A stretch of DNA of 64,000 nt. It comes from Alphaproteobacteria bacterium (GTDB taxonomy: Bacteria; Pseudomonadota; Alphaproteobacteria; UBA2136; UBA6156). Both the position numbers and the translations under genes were made by a program. The stretch spans positions 2,948-66,947 of the forward strand of contig JAIXQG010000001.1 of the NCBI GenBank assembly GCA_027485835.1. The letters run 5' to 3'. Shown here one piece after another: positions 1 to 7,705 of the stretch; position 1 is the first letter of the stretch, and each line of letters begins with the position of its first letter. The notes beneath the pieces were generated by a model. The model saw only the letters and a list, made by a program, of their open reading frames with translations. It did no database searches and was not told where the DNA came from.

Positions 1-22
1 ACCCCGTGAGCGGGAGTGCATG

Positions 23-47
23 AAAACGGGGCAGAGGCCCCGTTTTT
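23..47 (+). terminator. Rho-independent terminator of a gene ending at the left window edge
   Basis: Stem ACGGGG/CCCCGT (26-31/38-43) followed by a T5 run. Confidence 0.5.
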
Positions 48-158
48 GTTTGAAAGAGATGAGATATGAGTGGGATGATGTTGCATTGACAGGAATATCC
101 CCCTTTTACGTTTGAGTTGGTGGGTTTGACCTGTCGTTTTCTCTGGGAGGAGATAGCC

Positions 159-521
159 ATGAATAGCCAGTTAAGAACTTCTCAGTTGGTAGTTGGTGGC
201 GTTGTAGCGTTGGTATCTGGGCACGTTCAGAATATCGTTAGGCCCGCGCAGAAGGTTCTTGTGGAGATGAACTGGCGTGGCGGCGAGGCCGAATGCTATG
301 ACTTTCCGCTCGGGCAGTTGCAGCGATTCTTGACCAGCCAGACCGGAGTGCGCGAGTTTCAAGTGCATCCTGCGAGTATGGTTCCGCGGTTTGAACTGCG
401 ACCGATGGCGAATGACCCGCATTTTTGCGACAAGCTGTGCCTGCCGGATGTTCGGCAGATGATGCAGGAATGTGGGATTCGGGAGTTGCGGGCCTTAGGC
501 TTGGTTGTGGCTCTGTTATGA
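159..521 (+). CDS. hypothetical protein
   Basis: ORF 117-521. The internal ATG at 159 sits 7 nt after GGAGGAG. No recognisable motif. Confidence 0.35.
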   Translation: MNSQLRTSQLVVGGVVALVSGHVQNIVRPAQKVLVEMNWRGGEAECYDFPLGQLQRFLTSQTGVREFQVHPASMVPRFELRPMANDPHFCDKLCLPDVRQMMQECGIRELRALGLVVALL

Positions 522-663
522 ATCGTTCAGCGAAAAGGAGAGAGCAGCGCTCTCTCCTTCTTCGTTTGCAGAAAGACTGATTTTTGTGGCTGGAAGCCAT
601 GTTTTTGGGTATAATAGGCATGTGCCTGTTGTTAGGAAAACCAAGCCCGCTGCGACGAAACCG

Positions 664-1275
664 ATGCCCGTGGAAGCGGGTATGTTGCGTTTGGAAAGGC
701 GTGAGATACCCTATGAGGTAAAGCGTAGCGCCAAACGCCGCCGCAGCTTTGGCTTTGTGGTGAATGAGGCCGGTGTGGTGGTGTTTACCGCCCCGCGCTG
801 GGTGCGGCTGGAGCAGATGCTGGAATTTGCTCAGCGCCGTGAGAGTTTTATTGAAAAGCGCTTGAAAGAGCTTGGCTACAAAAAGGCGGTGGAAGCTGAA
901 AAGGAACTGCGCAAGCAGGACATGGAAGGCCGCTATTGCGAGCTGCCGGTGGAGTGGTTCCGCACCGCCGGCCGCCGCACCATGAACCGCGAGGTGACGC
1001 ATTGGGCCGCGAAGGTGGGCGTGACGGTGGCCAAAGTGCGCATAACTTCGGGGAAGACCGTTTGGGGCAGTTGTAACAGCAATGGCGAGATTAACCTGAG
1101 CTGGCGGCTGATGTTGGTGCCTGCGGAATTGCGGGAGTATGTGGTGATCCATGAGCTGTGTCACCGTGTGCACATGAACCATGGAGTGCGGTTTTGGCGG
1201 TTGGTGGAGAAGCATTGCCCTGATTATGAGGAGAAGCGGAAGCGCCTCAACAAATTGGGTGGGGAGATTGGTTGA
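664..1275 (+). CDS. YgjP-like (DUF45/M48 family) metal-dependent hydrolase
   Basis: The C-terminal motif VVIHELCHRVHMNHGVRFWRLV is HExxH followed by NH..FW, typical of the YgjP/DUF45 family. The ORF is open from 505, but family-like sequence begins after Met at 664, so the start is uncertain. Confidence 0.75.
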   Translation: MPVEAGMLRLERREIPYEVKRSAKRRRSFGFVVNEAGVVVFTAPRWVRLEQMLEFAQRRESFIEKRLKELGYKKAVEAEKELRKQDMEGRYCELPVEWFRTAGRRTMNREVTHWAAKVGVTVAKVRITSGKTVWGSCNSNGEINLSWRLMLVPAELREYVVIHELCHRVHMNHGVRFWRLVEKHCPDYEEKRKRLNKLGGEIG

Positions 1276-1295
1276 TTGTCTTCGTAGAAAGGCGC

Positions 1296-1452
1296 GGGCT
1301 AAAACGGCCCCCCAGCCCTTTTTAGCGGGGCTGAAATACTCCATCTGTATTCCCGTAGGCATTTTATTATTGTCGCTGCGCGGCTGTGTAATACGGGGAA
1401 CTTACGTTTCGGCGCCCCGCCAAAAAGCACCGGGATGACCGTTTGTAGCTCC
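1296..1452 (+). repeat. Nested-hairpin intergenic repeat, copy 1 (longest, diverged centre)
   Basis: Starts GGGCTAAAACGGCCCCCCAGC and ends AAAAAGCACCGGGATGACCGTTTGTAGCTCC. The termini match copies at 27719, 30503 and 49685. It begins 21 nt after the stop codon at 1275. Confidence 0.8.
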
Positions 1453-1484
1453 GCGTGTGGGGCCGAATCTCTTATTTTAAGACA

Positions 1485-1511
1485 TAAAAAATCCCTGCCG
1501 CGAGGGCAGGG
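1485..1511 (-). terminator. Rho-independent terminator (minus strand)
   Basis: Minus strand reads TCCCTGCCCTCGCGGCAGGGA followed by T7, downstream of the Sel1-repeat gene. Confidence 0.6.
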
Positions 1512-1568
1512 AGAGGTGGAGCCGGGGACTGTTGTAGTTACAGCCACCGAGGCAGAGGGGAGGCCTGA

Positions 1569-2003
1569 CTATCTTTCGATAGCGGGACACCCTTCTCTGG
1601 CCGGGATTGCCGGCTCGACGCATCTTCTTCTGAGGAAGATTGCGAAGGGTGAGGGGCGGGCAAGAACAAGTCTTTTTGCTACGGCATGCCCTTGGCGTGC
1701 AGCTGCGTTTAAGAACGTCATAGCCTCTGTGATCTGGCCTGAGTTCCGGTAAATAAGGAACAGCATGTAACTGGCCGAAGAGTGCTTGCGGTTGCTGGCT
1801 TGTTTGAATAGCTCGCGGGCCGTTGCAAGGCATTGTTTGCAGCCATAGCCATGAAGATAGTAAATGCCGAGCGTGTAGAGTGTCTCGCATTTATGAGACC
1901 TCGTTTTACGCGAGTGGATTCGGAACATCTGTTTGTCTGGCCCCGCAAACCGTGCGGTACCATTGAAAAAGAGTTCTTCTGCGGTAACGGGAATGCGGTT
2001 CAT
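1569..2003 (-). CDS. Sel1 (SLR/TPR-like) repeat protein
   Basis: Carries Sel1-type repeats: LGIYYLHGYGCKQCLATARELFKQA and SYMLFLIYRNSGQITEAMTFLNAAARQGHAVA. The ATG at 2003 is preceded by AGGAG. The longer track ORF to 2264 would overlap the next gene. Confidence 0.65.
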   Translation of the reverse strand: MNRIPVTAEELFFNGTARFAGPDKQMFRIHSRKTRSHKCETLYTLGIYYLHGYGCKQCLATARELFKQASNRKHSSASYMLFLIYRNSGQITEAMTFLNAAARQGHAVAKRLVLARPSPFAIFLRRRCVEPAIPAREGCPAIER

Positions 2004-2112
2004 GCGATGGCTCCTGTATATAGAGACGGTTCTTTCTGTATACCTTGCGACCGCGGTGGACAAGTATAAAAAAACCTCTGCCGGAGCAGAGGTTGGAATG
2101 GTGAATGTGCAG

Positions 2113-2562
2113 TTAGCGGCACATGATGGCCATTTGGATACCGCAGGGGGCGTGGCCTTCTTCGCATGGTCTGGAGGATTGCCAGCCGGAGTTGCTCCAA
2201 GGGCCGTAGGTCCAACCGGTGGAGTTTGACCAGCCCGTGGTTTGCCAAGGTGGGTTGGTGCCATTGGTTTTGTCGCGGAAGCGGTACATGAGGTTACATT
2301 GAACGCTTGCGCCAGGTGCTTTGCAGCCTTGGCCGTCTATCCCTGCCGTACCGGGAGCGTAAATCATGCCTTTAATCCCGCAGTCTCTAATGGCGTTTGC
2401 GAGGCTGGTAGCACCTTGTGCCTTGAAGTTTGCTGCTTCGACGAGGGTACGGAGACTTGCCCAGTTCGCTTCGTTTTGAAGATTGCCGCTTGCGGTGCGT
2501 TCCTGCGCATGTGTCTGCCACAACGGAGCGGCTAGGAGCGTCATGATAAAGAGGGAGTACAT
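2113..2562 (-). CDS. secreted cysteine-containing protein, QERTA-family member
   Basis: Signal peptide MYSLFIMTLLAAPLWQTHA, then a QERTASGNLQNEANWASL module shared with the genes at 20740 and 21267. The mature part has 6 Cys. The ATG at 2562 has AAGGT 9 nt upstream; the track ORF extends to 2571. Confidence 0.6.
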   Translation of the reverse strand: MYSLFIMTLLAAPLWQTHAQERTASGNLQNEANWASLRTLVEAANFKAQGATSLANAIRDCGIKGMIYAPGTAGIDGQGCKAPGASVQCNLMYRFRDKTNGTNPPWQTTGWSNSTGWTYGPWSNSGWQSSRPCEEGHAPCGIQMAIMCR

Positions 2563-2672
2563 GTAATGCATACCTTAATTTATCATACCCACAGCAAATT
2601 GAACCTGACAGATGCGTTTTATGTTTGTTTTAGTTGGGCTTTGTCGTAAAAAAGCATCAAATTGCCCTGTAA

Positions 2673-3938
2673 TTAGAGATTCTGGGAGAAAGCCCTGTCG
2701 GCGGCGAGGACGAGGCCGGTGCCGACCGAGGTGAGTTGGTCTCCCAGAATAATGTGGGAGTGGGGCAGGGCCGCGCGGATGGTGGCTTGTACCAGCGGCA
2801 TGGCGCTGGGGCCGCCGGTGACGAAGACAGTGGTGAGTTGCTCGGCGGGTGTGTTGGCTTGTTGTAGGGTGTAGTGGATGGATTCGGTGAGGGTGGTCAT
2901 CCAGTTGTGGGTGGCTTTGGCCATGGCTTCGGCGGTGAGGGGGAGGGTGAGGTCGCGTTCGATCCAGCCAAGATTCAGCAGGGTTTCGGTGGCCTCTGAC
3001 AGCGTGATTTTGGCGCCCTCGACGTCGAGCATCAGTTTGTGGCCGCCGCGTTCTTCCAGCAGCGTGATGAGGCGTTCCACCTTGTGGGGTTCTAGGGCCT
3101 CTTGCAGCACGCCGTTCGCTTCTTGCAGCGTTTTACGCTCGTACATCCGGTGGATGCGGTGCCATGTGGTGAGTTGGGTGAAGTAGCCCTCTGGCACCGT
3201 GAGGCCTTTGCGGCCGGTGGGGCCGGCGATTTCGGTACCTCGGCCGAAGGTGGGCATGACTTCGGCCATGGCGAAGGCTTGGTCGAGCATCGCGCCGCCC
3301 AAGCGCAGGCCGTGGGTGGCGAGGATGTCTGCGGTGCGGTCTGCTTTATCCTTCAGGTTTGGGCCGAGGCGGAGCAGGGAGAAGTCGGCGGTACCGCCGC
3401 CGATGTCGATAATCAGGGCGAGTTCTTCGTTTTGAAGCGTGTGCTCGTAGTGGTAGGCGGCGGCGAGGGGTTCGGCCATGAACGACACGTAGGGGATGCC
3501 GAGAGTGGCGACGACTTCCCGCAGTTGGGATTCGGCGACGGCGTCGGCCTCCGGCTGGTTGGTGAGGAAGTGGACGGGGCGGCCGAGCATGAGGTGGGTG
3601 ACGGATTCGCCGAGTTGGCTTTCTGCGGTTTTGACCAGCCAGCTGATGTAAGAGGCGATGATCTCGCGGAAGGTGAGGTGTTGGGTGCGTTCTTCGAACA
3701 GGTCTGTCCCCAGCACGCTTTTAAGACCGCGCATGAAGCGGCCTGGGTCTCCGCCCAAGTAGGACTGGATGGCGCCGTTGCCGGGGATGGGATTGGCGCT
3801 GCCCAGCGGAAAGAAGAGGGCGGTGGGGACGGCGCGTTTACCGGCCTCGGGCTGCAGCAACACCGGTTGGCCGCCCTGCATGATGCCGACGGTGGAGTTG
3901 GAGGTGCCGAAGTCGATGGCGGCGATGACGGGTTTCAT
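2673..3938 (-). CDS. Hsp70-family (YegD-like) ATPase
   Basis: Has the actin/Hsp70 phosphate motifs AIDFGTSNSTVG and IIDIGGGTADFS, plus VFVTGGPSAMP. At 421 aa it lacks a substrate-binding domain. Confidence 0.9.
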   Translation of the reverse strand: MKPVIAAIDFGTSNSTVGIMQGGQPVLLQPEAGKRAVPTALFFPLGSANPIPGNGAIQSYLGGDPGRFMRGLKSVLGTDLFEERTQHLTFREIIASYISWLVKTAESQLGESVTHLMLGRPVHFLTNQPEADAVAESQLREVVATLGIPYVSFMAEPLAAAYHYEHTLQNEELALIIDIGGGTADFSLLRLGPNLKDKADRTADILATHGLRLGGAMLDQAFAMAEVMPTFGRGTEIAGPTGRKGLTVPEGYFTQLTTWHRIHRMYERKTLQEANGVLQEALEPHKVERLITLLEERGGHKLMLDVEGAKITLSEATETLLNLGWIERDLTLPLTAEAMAKATHNWMTTLTESIHYTLQQANTPAEQLTTVFVTGGPSAMPLVQATIRAALPHSHIILGDQLTSVGTGLVLAADRAFSQNL

Positions 3939-4086
3939 GAAGGATCCTCTCTACGTTGGTTTGTCTATTCCCGCAAATAAAAACCGCCCCTTACAGGGCG
4001 GTGGGGGCGGTTTCGCCGGAATTTATGTGCGGGGGTATGTGCATGGCGAGGGTTATAGGATGAGATGGAGGTTTGTGCAAGAGGGT

Positions 4087-4110
4087 AAAAAAAAACCGCC
4101 CGAGGGCGGT
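4087..4110 (-). terminator. Rho-independent terminator of cspA
   Basis: Minus strand reads ACCGCCCTCGGGCGGT followed by T8, 20 nt after the csp stop codon. Confidence 0.7.
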
Positions 4111-4129
4111 TTGGGCTGTGAAGCAACAC

Positions 4130-4366
4130 CTATTCGTCGAGCAGTTGGAGCTTACCGGCGGACTGCTTGTTAGAGCGGCTGTCGCTGATAAGTTCGTAGC
4201 TGATGCGTTGGTTGTCCTTCAGGCGCTGGATGTTGGCGTCCTGCACGGCGGTGATGTGGACGAAGATGTCCTTATCGCTGCCATCCGGCTTGATGAAGCC
4301 GAAGCCCTTTTTGGCGTCGAACCATTTAACGGTGCCGTTTTGGCGGGTGTTGGATGAAGAATCCAT
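4130..4366 (-). CDS. cspA: cold-shock protein (CspA family)
   Basis: GTVKWFDAKKGFGFIKPDGSDKDIFVHITAV contains the RNP1 and RNP2 motifs. Confidence 0.95.
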   Translation of the reverse strand: MDSSSNTRQNGTVKWFDAKKGFGFIKPDGSDKDIFVHITAVQDANIQRLKDNQRISYELISDSRSNKQSAGKLQLLDE

Positions 4367-4508
4367 GTGTGTGAGTCAGTCTTTAGTGGTAGTGACGCCG
4401 ACCGGTTGGCCGGGGCCGCAGGAGGGTTAGCCCCCGCTGATGAAAAAGCTGGCACGTAATAGTAGAAGTGTCAAAGAGTTATTTTATACGGGTGTTACGA
4501 ATGACAAC

Positions 4509-5366
4509 CTACCAAGCGGCACGAGGCGGCAGGGACATGAGGATGGCATCGACGTTTCCGCCAGACTGGAGGCCGAAACGGGTGCCGCGGTCGTACATCA
4601 GATTGAACTCGGCATAGCGGCCGCGCTTGAGGAGTTGGGTGTGGCGCTCCGCTTCGGTAAACGGCGTTTGGAAGCGCTTTTCCACTGTAGGAAGATACGA
4701 GTTAAGGAAGGTATCCCCTACCTTTTGCACGAAGTTAAAGGTGTGTTCGGGATCGGTTTCTAAGTAATCGAAGAAGATACCGCCGACGCCGCGGGCCTCG
4801 TTGCGGTGAGGGAGGAAGAAGTAGTCGTCGCACCAGCTTTTGAACTTGGTATAGGCCTCGGGTTCGTACGTTTCGCACGCCGCTTTAAGAGTGTTGTGAA
4901 AGTGGTCGGTATCGTCACCGTAGGGCAGGGCGGGCGTGAGGTCGGCCCCGCCGCCGAACCAGCCTTTGGAGGTCTCGATACGGCGCACGTTAAAGTGCAC
5001 GCCCGGTACATGTGGGTTGGCGGGATGGCAGACCAAACTGACACCGGCGGCCCAGAAGCGGCCTTCGGATTCTATCGCGCCAGGGATTTCCTTGCGGAAG
5101 GGCTCGGGGAAGGTGCCGTGGACGCAGCTAAAGTTAACGCCCATTTTTTCGAAGACATCGCCACGGATAAGTGCGGTAGTACCGCCGCCTTGGAGGAGGC
5201 TTTCGGGGCCCTTGGTCCAATCTTGCACGTCAAAGGTCGAATGTCCTTCGTACGACTGAAAGGCGGAAATGATCTTTTTTTGCAAATCGCGAAAATAGGT
5301 TTCGGCTTGGTTTGCAAGGGCGCTGGGAGTTGTCATTCGGCGTTTGTAGCAGAATAAGGTCCGCAT
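4509..5366 (-). CDS. hemF: oxygen-dependent coproporphyrinogen III oxidase
   Basis: Full-length HemF-like sequence (GGGADLTP, RGVGGIFFD, C-terminal MSLPPRAAW). An alternative start lies at 5336 (MTTPS...). Confidence 0.93.
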   Translation of the reverse strand: MRTLFCYKRRMTTPSALANQAETYFRDLQKKIISAFQSYEGHSTFDVQDWTKGPESLLQGGGTTALIRGDVFEKMGVNFSCVHGTFPEPFRKEIPGAIESEGRFWAAGVSLVCHPANPHVPGVHFNVRRIETSKGWFGGGADLTPALPYGDDTDHFHNTLKAACETYEPEAYTKFKSWCDDYFFLPHRNEARGVGGIFFDYLETDPEHTFNFVQKVGDTFLNSYLPTVEKRFQTPFTEAERHTQLLKRGRYAEFNLMYDRGTRFGLQSGGNVDAILMSLPPRAAW

Positions 5367-5424
5367 TTAAAGGCCCCATGCTGAGTAGGGAAAATGTCAG
5401 GAGTCTTGTGAAAGTTATTTTGCT

Positions 5425-5688
5425 GTGCAACATATAGTTGTAATGAAAGCGCAAGTTGAGACTCCTGCATGTCAGGCCCGGTTACTTCATCATTTGGTGA
5501 AGGAGTTTTTTGCGGAGATGGAGAAGGAAGTGTATCCGCACGAAACCAGTTACTCGGTACTGTTAAACGTGGTGATGCGGCTGGCCTATGAGCAGCATGG
5601 CGAAGCCGGAATTGATGAGGTTCTAGAGCTGGTGTGCAAACTAGCCGAGGGATTGGAACGCCCCCACCTGAGAGCGGTAAGCGGATAA
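5425..5688 (+). CDS. hypothetical protein
   Basis: 87-aa ORF ending immediately before a good terminator. No motif recognised. Confidence 0.45.
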   Translation: MQHIVVMKAQVETPACQARLLHHLVKEFFAEMEKEVYPHETSYSVLLNVVMRLAYEQHGEAGIDEVLELVCKLAEGLERPHLRAVSG

Positions 5689-5716
5689 AAAGCGGCCCCG
5701 AGGGGCCGATTCTTTT
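5688..5716. terminator. bidirectional terminator hairpin
   Basis: Stem CGGCCCCGAGGGGCCG flanked by an A-run and a T-run, between convergent genes. Confidence 0.65.
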
Positions 5717-5732
5717 ATTTCATTTGTTTATT

Positions 5733-7607
5733 TTAGATCCGGCAGTGGAAGAGCTTACCATTAATATTGACGATGTTGCCCACATTGCTGGCGTTGCACG
5801 CCGATGTCGCGTTGGTTTTGAGGTTGATAGAGTTGCTGACGGCAAGCGAGCCGCTGATGTTGACTGTAGCGCTCACTGCGATATTGCCCGAGGGATCGGC
5901 AATAGCTGTCGTAGTACCGGATACGATACGGTCACCACTACTGCCACCACCGCCGCCACTTAAGCTGGAGAAGGTTGTACCGTTACAAACGCTGAGGGTA
6001 CCCGCAGAGTAGCGAATGGCACCAGCTGTTGCGGCCGAGCAGACGACGTTACTGTTGCTGACCTGAATTTCACCAATCACGCTCAGGCTTACGGCAGGAG
6101 AGGTTGTACCGAGGCCGATGGCATTTGCGACATACGCACGGGTGCTTGAGATGCCATTTAATGTAGTGATGCTGATACCCGGAGCTACGAGGCGGCCGAC
6201 AGTGTCGAAGTATGCCGTACCTGCAATACCACCAGTGGTGAATGATACGGTACCGATACTTGCGGCAACCCCACCCAAGCTTGCGCCAGAGGCTACACCT
6301 GTGGTGGAGATGCGGTCGGTTGCGACTTCTCCTACAAAACGTGTTGCATTGATTGTGCCTGATACCGTGAGACCCGATGCGGTGAGCAGCATGGATTGAA
6401 CGCCAGAAGAAACCGATGTTCCGCCTATACGCCAGCGGTGTTGGGTGTCTGCCCAGTGAGTGAGTGTGAAGGATTCGATACCGGTACCGTAGGTATTGCC
6501 CCAGTAGGTGACTTTATCGCCTGTGGTTGCCGTGAAGTTGACGGATGTGCTGAGGCTAACGCCGGTCGCATTGATGGCGCCGCCTACGTTAAGTGTATAG
6601 GAGGGGTTTGTGAGAGTACCTATACCCACTACTCCCGTTGACAGATTATAGACGAAAGGCCGGAAGGCATTCCAGGTACCGTATTGGTCTCCGCTTGCTG
6701 TTTGGAGCAGGTAGACGTTGGAACCATCGTTCCGCCAGAACACGCCGAAGCTGCCTTGAATCGAGCGGAAGGCATTCGCACCTGTTGATATGATTTCGCC
6801 CGAGCTACGCAGACCACCTGAAACATCCAACCTGTAAGTGGTGGATGGAGTCATACCCATACCGATGCTACCAGTGGAATCGATACGCATTCGCTCTGTT
6901 CCGGCTGTGCTTATGCCTATGCTATCTAACGCGGGGAGGAATAATCCCGTGTTTACATCGTTAACCCAGGTGTAAACTGGTAGTGCGGCCGTGCCTGACG
7001 GGCCCACGGAGACGCGCGTTGTTGAGATGCCGTTCGCTGTTGTAATGCTGATGCCCGGAGTGACAAGGCGACCGGAGGTATCTAAGTACGCCGTGCCCGA
7101 TACACCCCCCGTGGTAAAGCTGATGGTACCGCCATTACCCGCGACGACATTTGCAGAGGTGCTGATAATACGGTCGGAGCTGCCGCCGGCTCCGCCACCA
7201 TTGGTAGTTATGGCCACACCGTTGACGGTGAGGGCGGTGGCGCTGATGTTCGTTGCAGAAACCGAATTGCTGCTAAAGTTTGGGAGGTAACTGGCGGTAG
7301 AGCCTAGGTAGCCCCATGTGGTGCCGGCGGTGGTGAGGCTGACGTTGTTAACCGTGAGGCCACCGGTGAAGGTTGTGTGGCCGGTGGTGGCGCTGATGGA
7401 GGGGGCGTAGGAGGGGCAGCCGATATCGCCGCGGGTGGATTCCCCGATACAAATACGACTCCCCGAAACACCGATTGTGGCGGAAACCATGGCGTATTCT
7501 GACCAGATTTGGGCGCTAGCGGACAACGGCAACAGGCCAGAGAGAGTGACACAGAGAGCAATTAGGCGGAGCATGGGGGCATACCGTTTTTGTATATCTT
7601 TAGGCAC
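5733..7607 (-). CDS. secreted tail-fibre-like / adhesin-like repeat protein
   Basis: Signal peptide MLRLIALCVTLSGLLPLSASA. Composition is rich in G, S and T. Two roughly 60-aa internal repeats read (G)n-SDRI(I/S)..FTTGG(V/I)(S/A)GTAY(L/F)DT.GRLV.PGISITT.NGIS.TR. There are repeated IG(L/M)G(T)..P...L.V.G motifs and two C-terminal Cys pairs. Start may be GTG 7607 or ATG 7574. Confidence 0.8.
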   Translation of the reverse strand: MPKDIQKRYAPMLRLIALCVTLSGLLPLSASAQIWSEYAMVSATIGVSGSRICIGESTRGDIGCPSYAPSISATTGHTTFTGGLTVNNVSLTTAGTTWGYLGSTASYLPNFSSNSVSATNISATALTVNGVAITTNGGGAGGSSDRIISTSANVVAGNGGTISFTTGGVSGTAYLDTSGRLVTPGISITTANGISTTRVSVGPSGTAALPVYTWVNDVNTGLFLPALDSIGISTAGTERMRIDSTGSIGMGMTPSTTYRLDVSGGLRSSGEIISTGANAFRSIQGSFGVFWRNDGSNVYLLQTASGDQYGTWNAFRPFVYNLSTGVVGIGTLTNPSYTLNVGGAINATGVSLSTSVNFTATTGDKVTYWGNTYGTGIESFTLTHWADTQHRWRIGGTSVSSGVQSMLLTASGLTVSGTINATRFVGEVATDRISTTGVASGASLGGVAASIGTVSFTTGGIAGTAYFDTVGRLVAPGISITTLNGISSTRAYVANAIGLGTTSPAVSLSVIGEIQVSNSNVVCSAATAGAIRYSAGTLSVCNGTTFSSLSGGGGGSSGDRIVSGTTTAIADPSGNIAVSATVNISGSLAVSNSINLKTNATSACNASNVGNIVNINGKLFHCRI

Positions 7608-7705
7608 CTTAGTGGTGTTCTGAGGAACCGTATCAGTTAGACGTTCAAGTTGCCAGATGGCGCGTTTTCTATTTGCTTAGTTGTGTGGCTGTTGTGTTTG
7701 CTAAA

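Noticed and set aside
3102-3980. 292-aa ORF antisense to the Hsp70-like gene; similar cases at 52332-53522 (antisense to M23 peptidase), 37785-39185 (yidC), 238-1362 (ygjP-like), 20081-20767 (ssb), 40819-41790 (TetR/TlpA) and 24307-25149 (mfd)
   Set aside because: Each lies opposite a gene with clear family motifs. The translations are Arg/Pro/Gly/His-rich with no motif or SD sequence.
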